Source: Pseudomonadota bacterium (GTDB taxonomy: Bacteria; UBA10199; 2-02-FULL-44-16; JAAZCA01). Taken from it: DNA of 64,000 nt. Shown here piece after piece: positions 40,392 to 50,625 of the stretch (position 1 is the stretch's first letter; each line of letters begins with the position of its first letter). The DNA lies in the NCBI GenBank assembly GCA_043798915.1, contig JAZDOG010000089.1, positions 33,158 through 97,157 on the forward strand, read 5' to 3'. A program made the translations under genes and the position numbers. Under the pieces are notes generated by a model, which saw only the letters and a program-made list of their open reading frames with translations, was not told the origin of the DNA and did not search any database.

Positions 40392-41678
40392 ATGGGCGGC
40401 TGCAAAATCAACTTCACACAGGAAAGCAACGCATTGGCCTACAGGTTTTATCAGGCCCTCAGCAAAGACGGCATCTCATGCGCGGATTTGGACGTGGGCG
40501 CCGGCACCATAAATTACACTGGAACCGAATGTCCTGCCAAAAACGACAGAACCTGCACCAAAGGCAAGGGCGACAGTATCGTGGAGGCAGAAGAGGTCTT
40601 TGAATATGCGCTGAACAATTACGAAAAGTATCAAAAGCTGATCGAAGGGACGCTCAGCCGTCCCCTTCCGTGGGTGCTGGACGATTTGAACCCCAATACG
40701 CCAGATGACTTTGACGGTAAAGTACGCGGGCGTATCAATGAAGCAATTGCTGAGTTCAAGAAGATTCTCGAGGAAGATGGCTTGAAGGAGGGGACGCCAG
40801 AATATAGCGAGAGGCTGGCGGCTGGGCTGTTCTGGCTGGTGACGAGTCCGCCAAAAGGGGCATCTAATGGCTCTGTTAAACAAAAAATAACAAGCGGTCT
40901 CAATGGGGACAACTTGGGAAAATTTTGGGATTATACAGAAAAAAACGGAGGCCTTCGTATTAGAGGCGATTCTTCAGAAGAATATACCGCTCTGGAGGCC
41001 CTGCAACATAAAAAAGGCAAATGCACCGAAACTTCAAAAATCCTCTTTGCGGTCCTCAAGATGGCTGGCTTCAAACCCATTTTTACATACGAAGATATCG
41101 CCAGAGAGAAAATAGATGATCCGGAAATTAGAAAACTTGTTGAAGGATCTCCGCCAGGCAAGTTTCATGTTTGCATTGGACTTGCCATCAACGGCAGATT
41201 CAGAACGTTTGACCCTTCGCTGATAAACTCGGACGCGGACTACAAACACTTTTATCCATTGTCGTTGAGGCAGTTTTTAAGCCTTGATTATAGCAATCGC
41301 GGAGCTACCTGGCACGAAAAAGGTGAAGGTGACAAGGCGATCGCTGAACTTTCGGAGGCGATAACGATCGATTCAAAGTGTGCATGGGCATATTATAATC
41401 GCGGCCTTGTCTGGGGCAAGAGAGATAAACCTGACAAAGCAATCGCTGATTTTTCAGAGGCGATAAAAATCAACCCAAAATTTGCAGTAGCACATCTGAA
41501 CTTAGCAGTGGCCTGCGCGATAATGGGTGGAAAATTGGAAATAGCTGATGATAAAAGGCAGGCACTTGAAATGTATCAAAAGGCTCTGAAAGAAGCTCAA
41601 ACAGCAGCGGAATTTGGCATGCCGATGTCCGATGGAAATCTGATTGAGCTACGAAGGAGAATTGAAAGATTGAGGTAA
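40392..41678 (+). CDS. Transglutaminase-like cysteine protease-fold protein with C-terminal TPR repeats.
   Basis: Putative Cys-His-Asp triad 'GKCTETSKILFA', 'FHVCIG', 'RTFDPS'. TPR-like 'AIADFSEAIKINPKFAVAHLNLAVA'. Gene is AT-richer than its flanks. Confidence 0.55.
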   Translation: MGGCKINFTQESNALAYRFYQALSKDGISCADLDVGAGTINYTGTECPAKNDRTCTKGKGDSIVEAEEVFEYALNNYEKYQKLIEGTLSRPLPWVLDDLNPNTPDDFDGKVRGRINEAIAEFKKILEEDGLKEGTPEYSERLAAGLFWLVTSPPKGASNGSVKQKITSGLNGDNLGKFWDYTEKNGGLRIRGDSSEEYTALEALQHKKGKCTETSKILFAVLKMAGFKPIFTYEDIAREKIDDPEIRKLVEGSPPGKFHVCIGLAINGRFRTFDPSLINSDADYKHFYPLSLRQFLSLDYSNRGATWHEKGEGDKAIAELSEAITIDSKCAWAYYNRGLVWGKRDKPDKAIADFSEAIKINPKFAVAHLNLAVACAIMGGKLEIADDKRQALEMYQKALKEAQTAAEFGMPMSDGNLIELRRRIERLR

Positions 41679-41749
41679 GAAACGCAAGGCGAAGGGCATT
41701 GCCCAGAATCCAGAACGGTATTTTTTTGAAACCCATCAGACAAACCCAA

Positions 41750-42142
41750 TCATTCTCCTTCTATCGATGACAGCTCCATCTCCCTGCCGGCGACGACAGA
41801 GACATCGCCTGAGGAGCAGGCCGGACAATCGGGCGGGAGATAGAGGGCCGGCGCATGCGCGATGTGGTGCGCGAACTCGCAATCGTCAAACCGGCTGTCG
41901 GCAAAGCGCTTCCCGCAGGGGGCGCAGGCGAGCTCCACCGGGACTTCCTCTATATCGAAGCTCATCCCTTCGAGGGCTGGGGCCTTCTCATATGACGAAA
42001 GGCAGAACTCCAGCTGCTCCCTCTGGAAGGCGGCCATCTTCCCTATCCTGAGTTTTGCGCTCGCCACCTTCGTAAAACCGTTTTCAACCGCCTTTTCGGC
42101 TACCGTCTCGATGATCGTCTGTGCAATCGACAGTTCGTGCAT
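41750..42142 (-). CDS. hypA: [NiFe]-hydrogenase nickel-insertion / maturation factor HypA.
   Basis: MHELSIAQ... N-terminal 'MHE' Ni site and two CxxC zinc motifs (CAPCG, CPACSSG). Confidence 0.85.
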   Translation of the reverse strand: MHELSIAQTIIETVAEKAVENGFTKVASAKLRIGKMAAFQREQLEFCLSSYEKAPALEGMSFDIEEVPVELACAPCGKRFADSRFDDCEFAHHIAHAPALYLPPDCPACSSGDVSVVAGREMELSSIEGE

Positions 42143-42143
42143 A

Positions 42144-42635
42144 TCACTCCCCTTTCAACCAACCGCGCTCGTCTAACGTTTTAACAATAGACTCGGCCAT
42201 CTTCGGTATCGCCTCCGCAACCTTTGGAGTCGGGCTCTCTCCAAATGAAAATTCGTCCTTCACCTCCATCACGAATATTGCGATCTCGTTCGGGAAAGGG
42301 ACGCCCATCCTCTTCGCCAGCTCGCATGCCGTGGCGAAGTCGATCTGATGGAGCGACGAGAGGCGCGCAGAAGGCTTGAGGGCGGCCGGATCCAGCTCAT
42401 AGAAATCGCCAGGCGTCCCGCCCTTCGTGTGGATGGCATCTATTATCACGGCCCTGTCGTATCCAGAAAGGAGGTCCACGAAGTTAAAACCCCCGACAGA
42501 GGCCTCTTTGATCGAGATTCGAGACTTCGACCTCAACAGAGATTCAATATCGCGCACAACATAGATGCCGGCGCCGTCGTCGGTCAGGATGGTATTCCCG
42601 AGGCCTAGAATTATTGTTTTGGAAGGCATTCTCAA
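42144..42635 (-). CDS. Hydrogenase maturation endopeptidase (HyaD/HycI family).
   Basis: 'ILGLGNTILTDDGAGIYV' motif and 163-aa size. Overlaps mvhA by 4 nt. Confidence 0.85.
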   Translation of the reverse strand: MRMPSKTIILGLGNTILTDDGAGIYVVRDIESLLRSKSRISIKEASVGGFNFVDLLSGYDRAVIIDAIHTKGGTPGDFYELDPAALKPSARLSSLHQIDFATACELAKRMGVPFPNEIAIFVMEVKDEFSFGESPTPKVAEAIPKMAESIVKTLDERGWLKGE

Positions 42636-44092
42636 CGCGTCAACTTTTGCACTACATTGCGGTCTGAATCGTAGACCACGACCTCAAGGGGCATCTGGCC
42701 GGGGAGCGAGTGCGTGGCGCAGCCGTAGCAGGGGTCGTAGGAGCGGAACGACATCTCGACCATATTGAGGAGGGCGTCGGTCACGGGCTTTCCGGCCTTG
42801 ATCACGCCCTGCGCCGCCTTCTTGATCGACATACAGATAGGCGCATGGTTGTTCGTGGTGCCGACGATGAGATTCGCCTTCGTGACGATGCCGTTCTCGT
42901 CGGTCCAGTAGTGGTGCGTGAGCGTCCCGCGCGGGGCCTCGACGATGCCGACGCCCTCCGATGGGGTCTTCGTGGGTAGCGCGCGATAGTCGGCGCCCAT
43001 TATCCCGTCGTCCTTCACGAGCTCCACGAGCCTCTCTGCGGCATACATGAGCTCGATCACACGCGCCCAGTGCATCGCCAGGTTGTGCTTCACCGGCTTG
43101 CCGCCGAGGGTCTTGTACATCTTGTCATATTCCGCCTGCGCAAGGGGCGTCGTCATCCCGTCTGCGGCGTTCAGGCGGGCAAGCGGCGTTGCCTGATACA
43201 CGCCGGAGTCCTTGCCCGAGACAAATCCCTTACAGCCGATCTTTTTGAGATATGGGAATTTGAGGTACGTCCACGGCTCAACGTGTTCAGCAACATATTC
43301 GCGGTAATCATCCGGTGCATACTTACAATGTTCCACACCATCAGGACCGACCACGCGCACCTTGCCGTCGTAGAAATTCACCTTATTGTTCCCGTCGACG
43401 AGCCCCATATAATACGTCGGGAACGTGTATGGATCTGAGAGGATGAGGTCCACGTAGGCCTTGTTCTTTAGGACGATGTCCTCGAAGACCTTTAGCGTAA
43501 ACTTCGCAAACTCCACGCCATCCGTTGCGATCTGTGCGATCCTTGTGCGCTCCTCTTTGGAAAGCCCCTTGCTCACCCCGCCTGGCAGGGCATTGATCGG
43601 ATTTACCGGCTTGCCGCCGAGGATGGCTGCGATCTCGTGGCACTCTCTGCGCGTCTTTATCACCTTGCCGCCGACCTCGAGGCCGACCTTCTTTATCACG
43701 CCGATGATGTTTCTCTCCGCCTTGGGCGCGTCCGGACCGCAGACGAAATCAGGGCCGGCGAGCGCGTAGAAGTGCGTCGTATGATCGCCGAGGAAGAACG
43801 CGCTGTACTGTAGTTCACGGAGCTTCTTTGCGGTCTCAGGGATGTCGATGCCATATACCGCATCGCACGCCTTTGCGGAAGCCATGAGATGCGCCTCGGG
43901 GCAGACGCCGCAGATGCGCGAGGTGATGCGCGGCATCTCTTCGACCGGGCGCCCCTCCGCAAATTTTTCAAACCCGCGAAGCTCCGGCACCTGAAAGTAT
44001 GCGTTGGCGACGTCGCCCTTGTCGTCGAGGAATATTTCGATTTTTCCGTGCCCCTCAAGCCTCGTCACGGGGTCTATGGTGATGCGTTTCAT
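42632..44092 (-). CDS. mvhA: [NiFe] hydrogenase large subunit, Mvh-type (group 3c-like).
   Basis: N-terminal 'RICGVCPEAH' and C-terminal 'DPCYGCATH' Ni-Fe ligand motifs. Confidence 0.9.
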   Translation of the reverse strand: MKRITIDPVTRLEGHGKIEIFLDDKGDVANAYFQVPELRGFEKFAEGRPVEEMPRITSRICGVCPEAHLMASAKACDAVYGIDIPETAKKLRELQYSAFFLGDHTTHFYALAGPDFVCGPDAPKAERNIIGVIKKVGLEVGGKVIKTRRECHEIAAILGGKPVNPINALPGGVSKGLSKEERTRIAQIATDGVEFAKFTLKVFEDIVLKNKAYVDLILSDPYTFPTYYMGLVDGNNKVNFYDGKVRVVGPDGVEHCKYAPDDYREYVAEHVEPWTYLKFPYLKKIGCKGFVSGKDSGVYQATPLARLNAADGMTTPLAQAEYDKMYKTLGGKPVKHNLAMHWARVIELMYAAERLVELVKDDGIMGADYRALPTKTPSEGVGIVEAPRGTLTHHYWTDENGIVTKANLIVGTTNNHAPICMSIKKAAQGVIKAGKPVTDALLNMVEMSFRSYDPCYGCATHSLPGQMPLEVVVYDSDRNVVQKLTR

Positions 44093-44097
44093 ATGAA

Positions 44098-45096
44098 TTA
44101 CACCTTTGCCCTTCCCAGAACAGAATTCGTCACGCCAAACCTGTAGAACGTCCCGACCGGGTCGACAAGCCCCGCCGCGATTGCCTCGCCGCGCTTCTCG
44201 TCGCCTTTGGTGTCGATCAGAGAGCCGATCGCCGAAGCCGCCCTCGCGCCCTGATCCTCAACACCTTCTGCAGGACCGTAACAGCCGCGGCACGGCATGT
44301 TCGCCTTGAGACACTGCGCCTCGCATCCGGAGCGCGTGGCCGAGCCAACGCATACAAAACCCTGCTCCAGCAAGCACTGCGGCTTGTTCTTGAGCTCCGG
44401 CCTGGGAGTCAAGTCAGGCTTGTCCAGGTGAGGCCGCTTGAAGCGCTCGATGCGGACATCCTTCGTCTTCTTCTCGAACGGGCACTCGTCGCAGACCGAC
44501 TTGTCGCCCACGCCGACGATAGAGCCCTTCGGCGGGAGTTTTCCGGAGGCGATCGCCTCTATCACATTCCACGTCTGCTTTGCGGTCGGAGGACATCCGG
44601 GGATGAAGTAATCGGCGTCCACGACATCCTTCAGCCTCATCACCGAGCTGTAGAATTCAGGTATATGCAGCTCCCCTTCCGGCATCGTCACCTTCTCCTG
44701 CGGCAGGATGCCTTTGGGATTGTCGGTCGATTCTGTGGTCTTATACGCCCGTTCAAGGATGGAATCCTTCGTGTAGAGGTTCGCAAGTGAAGGAACCCCG
44801 CCGAAGCATGAACAGGCGCCGTATGCCGCGAGCACCTTCGATTTTTTGCGGAGGAGCTCCGCGATCTCTTTCGTCTCGCTGTTTCTCACGCCGCCGTTCC
44901 AGAGGCAGACGTCTATGTAGCCATCGGCATATTTGCGGACGTCGTCATATTTGAAGTCGGCGATGCACGGCCACATCACGATATCCGCGATATCTATCAC
45001 CTTGAGTATCTTCTCCGCTATCTCAAGCGTGGAGATATCGCATCCGCCGCAACCAGCGCCCCAATATACCCCGAGTTTTAATTTTTTATCGGCCAT
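44098..45096 (-). CDS. mvhG: [NiFe] hydrogenase small subunit, Mvh-type, with an extra C-terminal Fe-S region.
   Basis: 'WGAGCGGCDIS' proximal-cluster motif and additional Cys clusters. Confidence 0.85.
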   Translation of the reverse strand: MADKKLKLGVYWGAGCGGCDISTLEIAEKILKVIDIADIVMWPCIADFKYDDVRKYADGYIDVCLWNGGVRNSETKEIAELLRKKSKVLAAYGACSCFGGVPSLANLYTKDSILERAYKTTESTDNPKGILPQEKVTMPEGELHIPEFYSSVMRLKDVVDADYFIPGCPPTAKQTWNVIEAIASGKLPPKGSIVGVGDKSVCDECPFEKKTKDVRIERFKRPHLDKPDLTPRPELKNKPQCLLEQGFVCVGSATRSGCEAQCLKANMPCRGCYGPAEGVEDQGARAASAIGSLIDTKGDEKRGEAIAAGLVDPVGTFYRFGVTNSVLGRAKV

Positions 45097-45502
45097 CGCC
45101 TCTCCAATTGAGAGGTCCCAGCTTCCTGATCTGCTCGGTCATCTCATTTGTCACCGATGCGACGCGATCGCCCTCGGAAGCTGATATCCATTCAAGGCGA
45201 AAGCGCTCTGGCTCGATGCCGAATTGACTGAGCATCTCCTTCAGGATCGGCATCCGGCCCATCGTCTTGTGATTTCCCTCTATATAATGGCAGTCGCCAG
45301 GATGGCACCCCGCCACGAGCACGCCATCGGCCCCGTCCTTGAACGCCTTGAGGATGAAGAGCGGATCGACTCGGCCCGAGCACATAACACGGACGATGCG
45401 CATGTTCGGCGCGTACTTTATGCGCGCGATGCCGGCAAGGTCAGCGCCGGTGTATGAGCACCAGTTGCAGAAAATGCCGAGTATTTTGGGTTCAAAAGAC
45501 AT
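45086..45502 (-). CDS. mvhD: MvhD-like [2Fe-2S] electron-transfer subunit (methyl-viologen-reducing hydrogenase delta subunit).
   Basis: Start moved to MSFEPKILG. Motifs 'FCNWCSY', 'MCSGRVDP' and 'AGCHPGDCHY' are diagnostic. Confidence 0.85.
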   Translation of the reverse strand: MSFEPKILGIFCNWCSYTGADLAGIARIKYAPNMRIVRVMCSGRVDPLFILKAFKDGADGVLVAGCHPGDCHYIEGNHKTMGRMPILKEMLSQFGIEPERFRLEWISASEGDRVASVTNEMTEQIRKLGPLNWRGDGR

Positions 45503-45516
45503 TTCAGCACTCCGCT

Positions 45517-47304
45517 CTATGCCAACACCCCTTCTATCTCCGCAAGCACCTGCGAATTCTTGAAGTTTTGCGCCGCTATGACGCCGCACGGACATGCCGC
45601 GACGCACGTGCCGCACCCCTTGCAGAGCGCCTCGTTCACGCGCGAGACCTTCTTATCTTCAATGTAATCTATCGCGTGGTACGGACACATGTCATTGCAT
45701 ATCCTGCAACCTGTGCAATGATCTTCGTCGATGAGTGCAGTGGCCGCGTCTATCTCGATCTTACCCTTTGCCGCGAGCATCATCGCCTGTGCCGCGGCGC
45801 CCGATGCCTGCGCGACCGTGTCCGGGATGTCCTTGGGGCCCTGGCAGCAACCGGCGATGAAGATTCCGTCGGTCGCCGTGGAGACCGGCGCAAGCTTCGG
45901 ATGCTTCTCCGCGAAGAAGCCGTCCTTGCTCTGGCAGAGAGTGAGAAGTCTGGCCACCTCCGGCGCGTCCTTCCCCGCCTCGATGGCCGAGCACAGGACG
46001 ACCATATCCACCGGCACGCGGCGTATCCGGCGCAAAAGCGTATCCTCGCACGTAACGACGAGCTTGCCCTCCTCCTCCGGATAGAGCGCAAAATCGCTGA
46101 CCGAGGCCGCCTTGCCGCGAATAAAGCGCACATCCTCCTCAAGCAGGCGATTGTAAAACTCTTCATATCCCTTGCCGAATGAGCGCATGTCGATATAAAA
46201 AGCGTATACCTCCGCGCCTGTTTTTTCCTTCACGAGGTGCGCAAACTTCAGCGCGTACATGCAGCAGACGCGCGAACAATATTCATGATAGTTTTTGTCC
46301 CGGCTTCCTATGCAATGAATTATGCCGATCGATTTTGGCTCGGAACCGTCGGCAAGGACGATCTTGCCATTGGTGGAACCGGCGGCACAGTTCATCCTCT
46401 CAAACTCAAGGCTTGTTATGACATTGTCGAACCGCCCGTAGCCATACTGCATTGTCTTGCGCGGATCAAAGAGTTGAAAACCGGTGGCGGCGATTATGGA
46501 CCCGACCTCCACCTCCCGGGTTGTGTCCTTCATCTCGTGATCGATAGCCTCGGTGGGACATATTTTCGCGCAGATCTTGCACTTCCCGTTTCTGAAGTAG
46601 ATGCACGACTGCGTGTCGATGACCGGCTTGTTGGGGACAGCCTGCATCGTGGGCACATAGATCGCGGTGTTAGGGCCAAGGGTGATGTCGCCGTGCACGA
46701 TCTTGTCTTCCATCGTCCCCGTCACACGGATATGGCCCGTAGGGCAGACCTTCGCGCAGGAGCCGCACCCGATGCACCTGTCGGAATCCACTTCAAAAGG
46801 CGTAGTGACGCTTCGCTCGATCCCCCGTCCCGCGAACGCGATGGCCTTGGCGCCGACCACCTCATTGCAGACACGGACGCAAAGGCCGCAGAGAATGCAC
46901 CCCTCTTCGCCTTTGCCGAAACGAGATTCATCAATGCCGAGTTCAGAAGCGAGCTCGCGCAGCACTTTTACCTTTGAACAGCGCGCAAGGAAAAACTCCA
47001 CCAGGAGCTTTCGAATGGACCTTATCCGCTCGTTGTATGTGACAACCTCAAGCCCTTCCTCGACGGGATAATTGCAGGCGGTCACATAACGGACCCGTTT
47101 CCCGCGACGGACCTCAACGGTGCATATCCGGCATGCCGCATAAGGCTGCACGTGTCTGTAGTAGCAAAGGGTCGGGATCTTTATCCCCAGTTTCTCCGCC
47201 GCGGCGAGTATGTACGAACCCTTCGCGACCTCAACCTCCCTGCCGTCGACGACGAGTTTGACCGTTTCCACAGGAGCTTTTGTCTTCACATTATCGTTCG
47301 CCAT
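45517..47304 (-). CDS. Fusion protein: NuoG/FdhA-like N-terminal Fe-S module ([2Fe-2S] ferredoxin, His-ligated cluster, 2x[4Fe-4S]) joined to the C-terminal half of HdrA (second ferredoxin cluster, second half of the FAD domain, C-terminal ferredoxin domain).
   Basis: Start at MANDNVKTKA. N-terminus 'CYYRHVQPYAACRICTVEV' with CILCGLC / CIGCGSC. The HdrA part begins 'DTQSCIYFRNGKCKICAKICP' and contains 'CSRVCCMYALK', 'GIFIAGCCQGPKDI', and terminal 'CTGCRIC..CP..CKGCGTCVAACP'. Confidence 0.75.
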   Translation of the reverse strand: MANDNVKTKAPVETVKLVVDGREVEVAKGSYILAAAEKLGIKIPTLCYYRHVQPYAACRICTVEVRRGKRVRYVTACNYPVEEGLEVVTYNERIRSIRKLLVEFFLARCSKVKVLRELASELGIDESRFGKGEEGCILCGLCVRVCNEVVGAKAIAFAGRGIERSVTTPFEVDSDRCIGCGSCAKVCPTGHIRVTGTMEDKIVHGDITLGPNTAIYVPTMQAVPNKPVIDTQSCIYFRNGKCKICAKICPTEAIDHEMKDTTREVEVGSIIAATGFQLFDPRKTMQYGYGRFDNVITSLEFERMNCAAGSTNGKIVLADGSEPKSIGIIHCIGSRDKNYHEYCSRVCCMYALKFAHLVKEKTGAEVYAFYIDMRSFGKGYEEFYNRLLEEDVRFIRGKAASVSDFALYPEEEGKLVVTCEDTLLRRIRRVPVDMVVLCSAIEAGKDAPEVARLLTLCQSKDGFFAEKHPKLAPVSTATDGIFIAGCCQGPKDIPDTVAQASGAAAQAMMLAAKGKIEIDAATALIDEDHCTGCRICNDMCPYHAIDYIEDKKVSRVNEALCKGCGTCVAACPCGVIAAQNFKNSQVLAEIEGVLA

Positions 47305-47312
47305 AGATCCAT

Positions 47313-49295
47313 TCACTCGATGATGACAGCCCCGAACCTGCACACTTCCTGACACGAACCGCATTTGATACAGCGGGGGCCATCAATTATATGAGGTTTC
47401 TGTTTTTTACCGCTGATACAGTTCTCAGGGCAGGACCTCACGCACAGCGTGCATCCCGTGCACTTCACCTTGTCTATCGAATAACGCACGAGCGCCTTGC
47501 AGACGCCGGCAGGACAGCGCTTGTTGAATATGTGCTCCTCATATTCGGACCTGAAATAACGAATGGTGGACAGGACCGGATTGGGTGCCGATCCACCCAG
47601 GGCGCAAAGCGACGCATCCTGAAGGACCTGCGCGATCTCGACCAGGGTGTCTATGTCGTCCGCCCTTCCCCCGCCCGCAACGATGCGGTCGAGTATCGCC
47701 AGCATGTTGCGTATGCCTTCGCGGCACGGCGCGCATTTTCCGCACGACTCATCCTTGAGGAAGTTCAGGAAATAGCGGCCGATGTCGACCATGCACGAAG
47801 TGTCATCCATGATGATCATGCCGCCCGAACCCATCATGGACCCGGCCTCTGTCAGGGTGTCAAAATCGACGGGCAGGTCGATCAGGCTCTCGGGAACGTA
47901 GTTCACCGATGGCGGGGCTGTATCGCCCAGATAATCGCGGTGTTTCCATCCGAACGTGTCCACGATGAGGCAGCCGCCCGAGGGGCCCCCGGTCTGTACC
48001 GCTTTGAAGCGGCGTCCTTCGGGAATGCCTTCGCCGAGCTCATAGAGTATTTCGCGAAGCGTGATCCCCATCGGGACCTCCAGCAGACCGGTATTCTTCA
48101 CCTTGCCGACCAGCGAGAACACCTTGGTCCCTTTGGAGCCCTCGGTCCCGATGGACGAAAACCACTCCGCCCCCCGCGCCATGATGGGGGGGATGTTCGC
48201 CCACGTTTCAACATTGTTGAGGTTCGTGGGCCTTCCCCACAGACCCGTCTCTGCGGTATGCACATACTTTGCGCGCGGCTCGCCGACCTCGCCCTCTATT
48301 GAAGCCATGAGCGCCGTGGACTCGCCGCACACGAACGCCCCACCGCCACGATTGATCTTCATGTCAAAATCAAACCCGCTGCCGAATACATCTTTGCCCA
48401 GGATCCCGTATTCGCGCGCCTTATCAATCGCCTGCGTGAATTTGCGAACCGCCTGCGGGTATTCGTGACGCACGTATATGTAGCCCTGATTCGACCCTAT
48501 GGCATAGGCGCCGATGATCATTCCCTCGATGATGGCATGCGGATCCCCTTCGAGGACGCTGCGGTCCATATATGCCCCTGGATCCCCTTCATCGGCGTTG
48601 CATATGACATACTTCACGTCTCCGGGGGCATTCTTCACTGTTTCCCATTTTCGGCCGGCCGGGAAGCCGCCGCCACCGCGGCCGCGAAGGCCCGACTTTT
48701 TCACGGCCTCGACCAGCGAATCCGGACTTTTGCGTTCGGACAATATCCTGAAGAGCGTGAAGTAACCCCCCATCGCGATGTATTGGTCTATATCATCCGG
48801 ATCGATGAAGCCGCAGTGTCTCAGGACGATCTTGAACTGCTTTGAATAGAACGGAACATCGCTCAACAGGCGTATCCCGGATATTTCCGGAGGGAGCTTG
48901 CCCGAAGAATAGCTGAACACGGATTCATCCAGGAGATTTGTCTCATTCAAAATCTTTCCAAGGGCCCATTCCGGTTTGTGCGCGCCCCCGGCAAGGGATG
49001 CAACGAGTTCGCGCGCTTTGGCAGGCGTCATTTCACTGTAGAATATCCGAGGGAAACCCGGCATCCAGACGTCGAGGATAGGTTCTTCCTGACAGAAACC
49101 TATGCAACCGGCCTCGGCAACTATCGCGTCCAGCTTCCGCTTCTCCACTTCTTCCCTCACGGCCTTCAAGACCTCGCCCGAACCTGTCGCCAGACCGCAC
49201 GTGGCCGTTCCGACCGTGATCTTGATCCTCCCGGGATGGAGCTTCGCCTCTCCCCGTTTTTTTATCTCCTGAAAGTCCCGCAAAGTTCTGATCAT
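47313..49295 (-). CDS. NuoF-like NADH-binding flavoprotein subunit (HydB/HndC-type). N-terminal thioredoxin-like [2Fe-2S] domain, FMN/NADH site, [4Fe-4S], and a C-terminal 2x[4Fe-4S] ferredoxin.
   Basis: Start at MIRTLRDF; its ATG overlaps the nuoE stop (ATGA). Motifs 'GRGGGGFPAG', 'ESCGKCAPCREG' and two CxxCxxCxxxCP. Confidence 0.85.
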   Translation of the reverse strand: MIRTLRDFQEIKKRGEAKLHPGRIKITVGTATCGLATGSGEVLKAVREEVEKRKLDAIVAEAGCIGFCQEEPILDVWMPGFPRIFYSEMTPAKARELVASLAGGAHKPEWALGKILNETNLLDESVFSYSSGKLPPEISGIRLLSDVPFYSKQFKIVLRHCGFIDPDDIDQYIAMGGYFTLFRILSERKSPDSLVEAVKKSGLRGRGGGGFPAGRKWETVKNAPGDVKYVICNADEGDPGAYMDRSVLEGDPHAIIEGMIIGAYAIGSNQGYIYVRHEYPQAVRKFTQAIDKAREYGILGKDVFGSGFDFDMKINRGGGAFVCGESTALMASIEGEVGEPRAKYVHTAETGLWGRPTNLNNVETWANIPPIMARGAEWFSSIGTEGSKGTKVFSLVGKVKNTGLLEVPMGITLREILYELGEGIPEGRRFKAVQTGGPSGGCLIVDTFGWKHRDYLGDTAPPSVNYVPESLIDLPVDFDTLTEAGSMMGSGGMIIMDDTSCMVDIGRYFLNFLKDESCGKCAPCREGIRNMLAILDRIVAGGGRADDIDTLVEIAQVLQDASLCALGGSAPNPVLSTIRYFRSEYEEHIFNKRCPAGVCKALVRYSIDKVKCTGCTLCVRSCPENCISGKKQKPHIIDGPRCIKCGSCQEVCRFGAVIIE

Positions 49296-49771
49296 AACGC
49301 CTTTTCCTTCGCCGCAGTTGTCTTCTGCGGCCGGACAAGCCTCACAGCCTTGTCCTGATTGAGCCTGCCATGGACGTTCTCGTCCACGATGACGATGGGT
49401 GCCAGGCTGCAGGCTCCGACACAGCGCACGGTCTTCAAAGTATATTTGCCATCCAGGGTTGTTCCGCCCTCTTTTATGTGCAGTTCCCTCTCCATCCTGC
49501 TCACGATCCTGTCTGCGCCTTTGACATGACAGGCCGTGCCGCAACAGACATGGACCATATGCTCGCCCTGCGGAGTCAGGCTGAAAGCCTTATAAAAGGT
49601 CGCAACCGCATAAATCTGTGTCAACGGAATATCCATTTTGTCCGCCAGATAGCGGAGGGCCTCCTGAGGCAGGTGTCTGTAGGTATCCTGAATATCTTGC
49701 ATCATCATTATGAGCGATTCCCGATCCGCGTTGTATTTGTCAATAATCGCCGCCGTTTTTTCCTGTATCAT
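49292..49771 (-). CDS. NuoE-like [2Fe-2S] thioredoxin-fold subunit (24-kDa / HoxE family).
   Basis: 'CCGTACHVKGA...CVGACSLAP' cluster motif; 159 aa. Confidence 0.85.
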   Translation of the reverse strand: MIQEKTAAIIDKYNADRESLIMMMQDIQDTYRHLPQEALRYLADKMDIPLTQIYAVATFYKAFSLTPQGEHMVHVCCGTACHVKGADRIVSRMERELHIKEGGTTLDGKYTLKTVRCVGACSLAPIVIVDENVHGRLNQDKAVRLVRPQKTTAAKEKAL

Positions 49772-49784
49772 AATCGCGTCCTTG

Positions 49785-50612
49785 TCAGTCCCAATGCCTT
49801 ACCAGGTGGTCTCCGATCCTTATCAATCTCTTTACCGGGATGCGTCTCGCAGGACACGCATTCCAGCAATCGCCGCAACCTGTGCACTTCCCCTCATCCA
49901 CATAACGGCTCTTCTTCCTGACTGTGACCTTGAAGTTTCCCACGAATCCGTCGACTTTTTCAACCTCGCTATAGGACATGAGCTCTATGTTCTGATGCTG
50001 CCCCACCTGCACCATCTTAGGGGTCAATATGCACGCCGCGCAATCGAGCGTGGGGAAGGTCTTGTCGAACTGCGCCATATGTCCGCCGATGGAGGGTTCC
50101 TTTTCGACCAGATAGACCTTCCGGCCGCTGTCGGCGATGTCCAGCGCGGCCTGTATGCCGGCGATGCCTCCTCCTATAACCATCACGTGCGGATGGACGG
50201 GAACTTCCTTCGCCTGCAACGGCTCAAGCAAAGAGGCCCTTGCAACTGCGCCGTTGATCAGCGCCTTGGCCTTCTCGGTAGCGAACACGGAGTCATCGGT
50301 CACCCATGAACAGTGTTCCCGAACATTCGCCATATGAAACAGGTATTGGTTGAGACCGGCCGTCTGGCATGCCTTGCGAAAGGTCTTTTCATGCATCAGC
50401 GGAGAGCAGGATGCGACCACGACCCGGTCGATCTTGAGCTTCTCAATATCTTCCTTGATCAGGTTCTGGCCTGGCTCCGAACACATGAACTTGTATTCAC
50501 GCACAACGGCCACATTTGGCAATGATCGCGCATAATCGCAGACCTCGTCGATCGCGACCTTCCCCGCGATGTTCGTGCCACAGTGACATATGTAGACGCC
50601 TATCTTGGGCAT
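49785..50612 (-). CDS. hdrA: N-terminal portion of HdrA (heterodisulfide reductase subunit A): N-terminal Cys domain, first half of the FAD-binding domain, and the first [4Fe-4S] motif of the inserted ferredoxin. The ORF ends there.
   Basis: '[15 protein letters not shown]', FAD motif '[30 protein letters not shown]', terminal '[12 protein letters not shown]'. Ends with an in-frame stop 13 nt before nuoE. Confidence 0.75.
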   Translation of the reverse strand: MPKIGVYICHCGTNIAGKVAIDEVCDYARSLPNVAVVREYKFMCSEPGQNLIKEDIEKLKIDRVVVASCSPLMHEKTFRKACQTAGLNQYLFHMANVREHCSWVTDDSVFATEKAKALINGAVARASLLEPLQAKEVPVHPHVMVIGGGIAGIQAALDIADSGRKVYLVEKEPSIGGHMAQFDKTFPTLDCAACILTPKMVQVGQHQNIELMSYSEVEKVDGFVGNFKVTVRKKSRYVDEGKCTGCGDCWNACPARRIPVKRLIRIGDHLVRHWD

Positions 50613-50625
50613 GGCACCTGTCCGT

